The notes under the pieces: model-generated
What the model saw: the letters and a program-made list of their open reading frames with translations, nothing else
What the model was told of the DNA's origin: nothing
The model's database searches: none
Translations under genes and position numbers: made by a program
DNA from: Myxococcota bacterium
GTDB lineage: Bacteria; Myxococcota_A; UBA796; CAJQPC01
DNA: 64,000 bases
Direction of reading: 5' to 3'
NCBI GenBank assembly: GCA_036229005.1
Contig: JAZAMN010000032.1
Span: 1-64,000 of the forward strand
Shown: positions 57,761-64,000 of the stretch, in pieces
Layout: the number at the start of each line of letters is the position of its first letter
Numbering within the stretch: position 1 is the stretch's first letter

Positions 57761-58659
57761 GCCGCGACAGACTGACCATCGGCGTGGTGTGCACGCGGGG
57801 GGTGGGCCCCGAGCGCGGCGGACGTGAGCGCAACGAGGACAACTACCTTGTGTGCCGCGAGGGCGAGGCGCGCTATCGCCACGACGACCGCGAGGCGGTG
57901 GAGAACCTGCCCACCTTCGGCGCGCTTCTCTGCGTGGCGGACGGGATGGGCGGCCACGAGGACGGCGATCTGGCCAGCTCCGCGGCCGTGCGCGCCATGG
58001 CCCGGCTCTTCAAGCGCGGCGTCCCGGAGGACCCGGAGCTGCACCTGCACCGCTTCGTGCTGGACGCCCACCGTCGCCTGCACCGCAAGGTCTCCGAGCT
58101 GGGCCCGGTGCGCATGGGCACCACCCTGACCTGCCTGTGGGTGCTGGAGGGCCGCGCGGCCTGGTGCCACGTGGGCGACTCCCGGCTCTACCTGTGGCGC
58201 CGGGGCACGATGCAGCGCATCACCCAGGACCACACCCGGGCGAACTTCGCCAAGCGGGACGGGCGCCCCGCGGACCCTGACGGGGTGTACCTGGCGCAGA
58301 ACTTTGTCTACGGGAGCCGCGGCTTCGGGGACGACAAGGGCATCCGCATCGACGCGGGCACCGACACCGGCACCCTGCGCCTGGAGGTGGGGGACCGCCT
58401 GGTGCTCTGCTCGGACGGGCTCAGCGGCATCGTCGAAGACCACCGCATCGCCGACCTGCTGGGCGAGGTGCCTGAGCCGCAGGCCGCCGCGACCGCCCTG
58501 ATGGAGCGCGCCCTGGCGGCGGGCTCGGACGACAACGTGACCGTGATGGTGGCCCGGGTGGACGAGCTGTCCGTGCCCCGCCACGAGAAGGACTTCGGGG
58601 ACACCTTCAACGTCGAGGAGAACCCCCTGGACGAGGACACCCTGGTCCCCTTCGACTGA
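57757..58659 (+). CDS. PP2C-family Ser/Thr protein phosphatase
   Basis: RERNED, VADGMGG, MGTT, HVGDSR, LCSDGL and SDDNVT motifs. Confidence 0.93.
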   Translation: MSRDRLTIGVVCTRGVGPERGGRERNEDNYLVCREGEARYRHDDREAVENLPTFGALLCVADGMGGHEDGDLASSAAVRAMARLFKRGVPEDPELHLHRFVLDAHRRLHRKVSELGPVRMGTTLTCLWVLEGRAAWCHVGDSRLYLWRRGTMQRITQDHTRANFAKRDGRPADPDGVYLAQNFVYGSRGFGDDKGIRIDAGTDTGTLRLEVGDRLVLCSDGLSGIVEDHRIADLLGEVPEPQAAATALMERALAAGSDDNVTVMVARVDELSVPRHEKDFGDTFNVEENPLDEDTLVPFD

Positions 58660-58665
58660 GCCGGC

Positions 58666-59037
58666 TCACTCCGGGGCAGGCTCCGGGTAGTGGCTGAGCC
58701 CGAAGGGGTTGCCGTCGGGGTCCTGGCCGTAGAGCGTGAACCCGGTGCTGCCCGCGGGTCCCGCGCCCGCGGCCTCCAGGCGCTTGACCCAACGCGCCCG
58801 CTCCGCCGCCGGGATGTCCAGGACCAGCATGTGCCAGCCGCCCGCCCCGCGCTCCCGCTCCGCCGGCGCCTCCAGGCGCTCGACCATCAGGATGGCGTCC
58901 CCCAGGGGCAGCCAGACCGAGCGCAGGCCGCGGTCGTCGTGGTGCCGACCCAGCTCCTCGCAAGCGAGCAGATCCCGATAGAAGCGCGCGAGCCTATCGA
59001 CCTGGGCGGTGAGCAGAGCGATGTGGTGTACCCGCAC
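58666..59037 (-). CDS. VOC/glyoxalase-family protein
   Basis: VHHIAL...FYRDLL, H...LY..DPDGN; SD GGAGGAGG. Confidence 0.85.
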   Translation of the reverse strand: MRVHHIALLTAQVDRLARFYRDLLACEELGRHHDDRGLRSVWLPLGDAILMVERLEAPAERERGAGGWHMLVLDIPAAERARWVKRLEAAGAGPAGSTGFTLYGQDPDGNPFGLSHYPEPAPE

Positions 59038-59122
59038 GCGGACCTCCTCCTCTCACCATCCTATCCGCAGCGGGAGCGGTGGCCTCTGGGCGTGTAGACT
59101 CTGGCACCAACCAGGACCGGAC

Positions 59123-62100
59123 TTGAAGGAAGTCTCCATCCCGATCCCGCCGCGCATCGGCCCCTACAAGGTGCTGCGGCCCCTCGCGCAGGGCGGGATG
59201 GCGGCGGTGTTCGAGGTCGAGGACCCGACCACCAAGGAGCACGTCGCCCTCAAGCTGCTGACCCACCGCGGGCTGGCGATGCCCCGCTTCGCCCGGGAGT
59301 TCCGCGCCCTCACCCGCCTGGACCACCCCAACATCGTCCGGGTGTACCGCTACGGCTCCCACGAAGGCTCGCCCTTTCTGACCATGGAGCTGCTGGATGG
59401 GCAGCCCGTGCAGGCCTACGCCAAGAGCGTCGGTCGCCCCGGACGCCCCCGCCGCACCCGCGAGGTCCTGCGCATCACCGCCCTGGTGGCCGACGCGCTG
59501 GCCTACCTGCACGCCCGCGGGATCGTGCACCGCGACCTCAAGTCGGCCAACGTGCTGGTGCTCTCCGACGGGCGCGTCAAGCTGCTGGACTTCGGCACGG
59601 CCCACATCGCCACCGCCGGGGACGCCATCACACGGGCCGGCGAGTTCGTGGGCACCTTCGCCTACGCCAGCCCCGAGCAGATCACCGGCTCCGGGGTGGA
59701 CGCCCGCTCCGACATCTACTCCCTGGGCGCGCTGCTCTACCGCCTGTGCACTGGCCGCCGGGTCTTCGAGGCCGACACCCCGCACCGCCTGGCCCGCAAG
59801 CACCTGGACGCCACCCCGCGCCCCCCGCGGCAGCTCGTCCCCGCCCTGCCCGAGCCCGTGGAGGAGCTGATCCTCCGGATGCTCGCCAAGGAGCCCGGGG
59901 ACCGCCCCCAGTCCGCCGAAGAGGTCGCCAACCTGATCCGCGGCCGCTCCCGCCGCCCCGAAGACAGCGGCGCCGTGCACCTCAACCGCCCCAAGCTGGT
60001 GGGGCGCGAGCGCGAGCTGACCAACGCCCGGACCTGGCTGGACTCGGCGGGCCCCGGAGAGGCGCTGCTGGTGGTGGGCCCCCGCGGCTCGGGTCGGCGC
60101 CACACCCTGCGCGCGGTGGTCGCCCTGGCCCGCACCCGCGGCTGGCGCGTGTTCGACGGTGTGTTCATGGGACAGCCCGGACTGGGGGCCCTGGGAGAGC
60201 AGGTCGCCGCGGCCTGGACCACCCTGCCGCCCCGGGGACGCATGGCCCTGAGCGACGCCAGCGCCGCCCTGGAGAGTCTGGAGGGTGGGCCGGTGCCTCC
60301 GGGTGCCGACCTCACCGCTCTGGCCGCTCAGCTCCACGACATCCTCGCGGCGCGGCAGGCCGAAGACGAGGCCCCGCTGGTGCTGTCCCTGGCCAAGGCC
60401 CACCGGGCCTCCCCCGTCGCCCTGGAGGTGCTCTCGCAGATCCGCGCCCGCGCCCGGGAGAGCGGCCTGCCCCTGCACATCCTGGCCAGCGTCAACGAGC
60501 ACTCGGACCTGCCCGGCGGCAACATCCGGGCCCGCTTCGCCAGCGCCTACCGCCTGGTCATGGGCCCCCTCTCCCAGGAGCAGGTGGGCCGCATGCTCCT
60601 GCAGATGCTGGGCGGCACCGAGCCCTCCCCCCAGCTCACGCAGGCCCTGCACGAGGCCACCGGCGGGCTCCCCGGCTTCGTCGAGGAGGTCGTCCGCGCC
60701 CTGGTCGAGAAGGGCAGCCTCAAGCCCTTCCACACCGGCGGCACGCTCACCTGGGTGCACGATCCCGAGCAGGCCATCCACATCCCCAGCTCCGCCCGCG
60801 AGGCGGTGACCTTCCGCCTGGACAGCCTGGGGCGGGACGAGACCCGCGTGCTGGAGGCCCTCGCGGTCGCCGGAGGCCGCTCCGCCCTGGAGCCTCTGGC
60901 CTTCGCGCTGGACCAGGCGCCGGACCTGACCCAGGCCACCCTGGACCAGCTCACCACCGCCCACGTCCTGCGCTGCCAGCAGGAGGGCAAGCACGAAGAG
61001 TGGAGCTTCAACCTGTCGATGGCGCGGGACCTGGTCCTGGAGCGCGTGCGCCCCAGCCGCCGCAACCTGCTGCGCCGTCGCCTGGCCGAGGTGCTGGCCG
61101 ACGCCCCCCCCAGCGCCAACAAGATCACGCTGCTGGCCGCCGCAGGCAACGCCGATGGCGCGGTCCGGGACGCCCTGGAGTGGGCCCCCCTGCTGGTCGA
61201 GCACGCCCGCTTCTCGGAGACCCTCCCGGTGCTGGAGGCGGTCGCCAAGGTCGTGGATCGCGCCCACGGCGTCGGCCTCCAGGAGCTCGCCCGCTTCTAC
61301 CTGCTGCTGGGCCGCAGCGTGCACGGGCAGCACCCCGGCGACCCGCGGGTGCGCAAGCACTTCGCCCGGGCCATCGACCTGACCTCGGACCCGGAGCTCA
61401 GCGCCGAGGTGTCCCTGCACATCGCCAAGGCCTTGGTGGACCAGGGCCGCCTGTCCGAGGGCCGCGAGTCCCTCCTCCGCGCCCACAGCACCCTGGCGGG
61501 CACCTCCTCGCCCGTCCTGCGCGCCCGCGTGTCCCGGGATCTGGGCAGCCTCCAGTGGTTCCGGGGCCGCTTCAACGACGCCGAGCGCTGGTTCGAGGAG
61601 TCCCTGAGCGCCGCCCGCCTCCCCGGTGGTGAGCGCGAGCTGGCCCGCAGCCTGGTCGCCCGCGCCGTCGCGGACCTGGGCGCCGGCCGCCTGCGCGACT
61701 CCGAGCACGACCTGCGCGAGGCCGTCCACCTGTACGAGGTCGCCGGCGATCGCTACGGGCTGTGGCACGCCCTGGGCAACCTCAGCGAGATCCTGCGCCA
61801 CCGCGCCGCCTTCTCCGAGGCCATCGGCCTGCTGGAGCCCGAGCTCAAGGGCGCCCACCAGTCCGGCGACCCCGAGCGTTACGCCTTCCTGGCCATCAAC
61901 CTGGCCGAGGTCGAGGTCGAGCTGCTGCGCCTGGGCCGCGCCCGCGAGCGCCTGGCCATGGTCGACGGCGTGCTCATCGCGGGCCGCCACCTGCACCTGC
62001 AGGCCGGGGTGGCCAGCGTCCGCGCGCGCATCTCGATGGCCTCGAACGAGCCCGGCCAGGCCGTGGAGCTGCTGGAGCCCATGGTGCGCGTCTGTGAGAG

Positions 62101-62551
62101 CTCCGGCATCCGCGTGCTCACCCCCCTCCTCTCCGCCCAGCTCGGCGAGGCCCTGGTCGTCACCGGAGATCGCCGCGGCGGCCGGAACCTGCTGGACGCC
62201 GCCATCAACGACCTGGCCCAGGAGCGCAACGTCCCCCTGCTGGCCGAGGCCTGCGCCGCCCGCGCCCGCTGCCTGCACGAGAACCCCCAGGAGTCCTTCG
62301 CCCCGGTGCGCCGCTGGCTGGAGTCCGAGCCCGCCACCCTGATGAAGGTGAGCTGGATGGTCGCCCGCGCCGAGCACGTCGGCCGCCACAACCCCGCCGA
62401 GGCCCGCCCCCTCTGGCTGCGCGTCCAGGAGGCCCTGCGCCGCATCCAGCGCAACCTGGCCCCGGGGGACCGCGTCGCCATGAAGGTGCACCCCTGGACC
62501 CTCGCGGTCGAGCGCGCTCTGGCGCCGGTTGAGGAGGAGGAGGAGCTCTGA
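59123..62551 (+). CDS. Ser/Thr kinase - degenerate AAA/STAND - TPR protein
   Basis: QGGMA.V, VALK, VHRDLKSAN, DFG and YASPEQ; LVGREREL then degenerate P-loop GPRGSGRR; TGGLPGF; TPR-like helices. Start (TTG) uncertain. Confidence 0.9.
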   Translation: MKEVSIPIPPRIGPYKVLRPLAQGGMAAVFEVEDPTTKEHVALKLLTHRGLAMPRFAREFRALTRLDHPNIVRVYRYGSHEGSPFLTMELLDGQPVQAYAKSVGRPGRPRRTREVLRITALVADALAYLHARGIVHRDLKSANVLVLSDGRVKLLDFGTAHIATAGDAITRAGEFVGTFAYASPEQITGSGVDARSDIYSLGALLYRLCTGRRVFEADTPHRLARKHLDATPRPPRQLVPALPEPVEELILRMLAKEPGDRPQSAEEVANLIRGRSRRPEDSGAVHLNRPKLVGRERELTNARTWLDSAGPGEALLVVGPRGSGRRHTLRAVVALARTRGWRVFDGVFMGQPGLGALGEQVAAAWTTLPPRGRMALSDASAALESLEGGPVPPGADLTALAAQLHDILAARQAEDEAPLVLSLAKAHRASPVALEVLSQIRARARESGLPLHILASVNEHSDLPGGNIRARFASAYRLVMGPLSQEQVGRMLLQMLGGTEPSPQLTQALHEATGGLPGFVEEVVRALVEKGSLKPFHTGGTLTWVHDPEQAIHIPSSAREAVTFRLDSLGRDETRVLEALAVAGGRSALEPLAFALDQAPDLTQATLDQLTTAHVLRCQQEGKHEEWSFNLSMARDLVLERVRPSRRNLLRRRLAEVLADAPPSANKITLLAAAGNADGAVRDALEWAPLLVEHARFSETLPVLEAVAKVVDRAHGVGLQELARFYLLLGRSVHGQHPGDPRVRKHFARAIDLTSDPELSAEVSLHIAKALVDQGRLSEGRESLLRAHSTLAGTSSPVLRARVSRDLGSLQWFRGRFNDAERWFEESLSAARLPGGERELARSLVARAVADLGAGRLRDSEHDLREAVHLYEVAGDRYGLWHALGNLSEILRHRAAFSEAIGLLEPELKGAHQSGDPERYAFLAINLAEVEVELLRLGRARERLAMVDGVLIAGRHLHLQAGVASVRARISMASNEPGQAVELLEPMVRVCESSGIRVLTPLLSAQLGEALVVTGDRRGGRNLLDAAINDLAQERNVPLLAEACAARARCLHENPQESFAPVRRWLESEPATLMKVSWMVARAEHVGRHNPAEARPLWLRVQEALRRIQRNLAPGDRVAMKVHPWTLAVERALAPVEEEEEL

Positions 62552-62591
62552 GGCGGCCGCCGGATCTGGGCCCACCGCTCTGGCCCCGGTC

Positions 62592-64000
62592 TCAGATCTC
62601 CAGCTCCACCGCCAGGATCCCCGCCCGAGGTGCTCTGCGGTCGAACTGCAGCTCCAGGGTGTTCTTGGCGACGCAGCGCGCCAGGGTCGGGTCGGTAGAC
62701 TCGAGCTCGGTGATGCGCCGCACCTTGCCGTTGCCCTCGAGCGTCAGGTTGAAGCGCACCAGCCCCGAGCCCTTGCAACCCGCGGTCATGCGCGGCCGGT
62801 TGGCCACCAGGCTCTGCCGCAGCTCGGCCGCGTGCTTGCTGTCGCTGGCCAGCGCCTGGGGCGGGGGGAACAGGTCCCAGACCACCCCCGGGATGTTCGA
62901 CGGCGACTCCCACCAGGCGGCCACGGGCACGCCGCCGCCGCAGAGGATCACCAGCAGGAAGGCCAGCAGCCCCGCGACCCAGCGCGAGCGGCCGGAGCCC
63001 CCCGAGGCCTCCGCGGGCGCCGGGGGCGTGGGCTCGGGCGGCGGCTCGGAGTCCAGCTCGGTCAGGCCGCTCCCCTGCGCGTCGGTCTGGCGGGCCGTCT
63101 GGGGGTGCGCGGCCGTGCCCACCTTGGTCTTGCCCCCGTCCTGGGACAGGATGCCCTCGAAGGTGTCATCGCCGGAGGGCGCGCCGTGCAGGCTCTCGTC
63201 CGTCTCCAGGGCGGCCAGGGCGTCGGGGACCACCGTCCGGCTGCTGCGGCCCAGATCTGCGGGCGCGTGCACCGGACGCCCGGCGACCAGGTCGCCCAGC
63301 ATCGCCATGGCCTCGTCGATGCTCACCCGCTGAGCGGGGTTGGGGGCCATCGTCGCCCGCAAGAAGGTGTTGAACCCGGTGATCTGCGGATCGGCACCCT
63401 CTCCCCCCAGCGCCGGCGGCAGGCCCTCCATGAGCTGGGTGTACATGCGGTCCGGGTGGGCCATGTCGATCTCGCCCAGCACCGGCCGCAGCGTGCGGCA
63501 GAAGAGCAGCACCGCGCCCACGGAGTACACGTCGGCCGAGGGGGACAGGGGCATGCCCTGGAACTGCTCGGGGGCGGCGAACTGCGGGGTCCCCACGAAC
63601 GCGCCCACCCGGGTCAGGTTCGTGGTCAGCCCGCCGTGCACCTTGGCGATGCCGAAGTCGGTGAGCTTGATGTTGGGGACCTCACCCCGGCCGGGCTGGT
63701 GCGTGAGCAGGATGTTCTCGGGCTTGAGGTCCCGGTGGATCACGCCCTGCTTGTGTGCCTGCGCCAGGGCACTGCACAGCGACACGCCCATGGCCACGAT
63801 CTCGTCCAGATCCATGGCCCCCACCCGCCGCAGGTGGTCCAGCAGGGAGCCGCCGGACTCGAAGCGGGTGACCAGGTAGGGGCTGTGCCCGGCGCGCTGG
63901 ACGAAGCCCCGGATATCGACGATGTGCGGGTGGTTGAGCTGGAGGAGGATCTGCGCCTCGGTGCTCAGGCGCTGCAGGTACGACCCCTGGTCCCGCTGGG
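62592..64000 (-). CDS. Membrane Ser/Thr kinase with an AgmX/PglI (TonB-C-like) C-terminal domain, 5' end outside the window
   Basis: HPHIV, IHRDLKPEN, TDFGIAK, GTPQFAAPEQ, one TM, then G.VRFNLTL..NG.V...LARCV. Confidence 0.88.
   Translation of the reverse strand, partial: QRDQGSYLQRLSTEAQILLQLNHPHIVDIRGFVQRAGHSPYLVTRFESGGSLLDHLRRVGAMDLDEIVAMGVSLCSALAQAHKQGVIHRDLKPENILLTHQPGRGEVPNIKLTDFGIAKVHGGLTTNLTRVGAFVGTPQFAAPEQFQGMPLSPSADVYSVGAVLLFCRTLRPVLGEIDMAHPDRMYTQLMEGLPPALGGEGADPQITGFNTFLRATMAPNPAQRVSIDEAMAMLGDLVAGRPVHAPADLGRSSRTVVPDALAALETDESLHGAPSGDDTFEGILSQDGGKTKVGTAAHPQTARQTDAQGSGLTELDSEPPPEPTPPAPAEASGGSGRSRWVAGLLAFLLVILCGGGVPVAAWWESPSNIPGVVWDLFPPPQALASDSKHAAELRQSLVANRPRMTAGCKGSGLVRFNLTLEGNGKVRRITELESTDPTLARCVAKNTLELQFDRRAPRAGILAVELEI

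Noticed and set aside
58994..62575. Very long antisense or alternative-frame ORFs (1193 aa here; also 24584-27481, 9318-11879, 52455-54908 and others)
   Set aside because: These are shadow ORFs caused by high GC3 codon bias opposite well-supported genes, and they contain no recognisable motifs.
1..64000. Prophage, integrative island or anti-phage defence island
   Set aside because: No integrase, phage structural genes or recognisable defence genes were seen, and composition looks uniform.

Overview
High-GC bacterial chromosome segment (roughly 70% GC by eye), most likely Myxococcota. That guess rests on a GYF_2 protein, DCDD-repeat lipoproteins, an AgmX/PglI-type kinase C-terminus and several Ser/Thr kinases. 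The window holds about 55 tightly packed CDS: two hybrid histidine kinases, a cytoplasmic MCP-cheR-cheD-cheW(x3) operon, a diguanylate cyclase, pfkA, an Fpg/Nei glycosylase, a DUF1501/c-type cytochrome operon, and PP2C and kinase genes. I found no rRNA, tRNA or CRISPR. Seven signals stand out. (1) A RAYT transposase plus two passenger genes lies between two matching 8-unit, head-to-head 31-bp repeat arrays whose central hairpins covary. (2) A Clp AAA+ ATPase is fused to an RF2-like domain that lacks GGQ and SPF. (3) A consensus sigma54 promoter precedes an unannotated, highly structured RNA of about 120 nt. (4) Thirteen lipoproteins have ultra-short, uncharged signal peptides. (5) Several genes show leaderless-type TAnnnT-N6-start promoters. 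(6) There is a DnaA-box-like cluster. (7) There is an 11-bp-phased operator array. All product calls come from motifs recognised by eye; no database searches were run.
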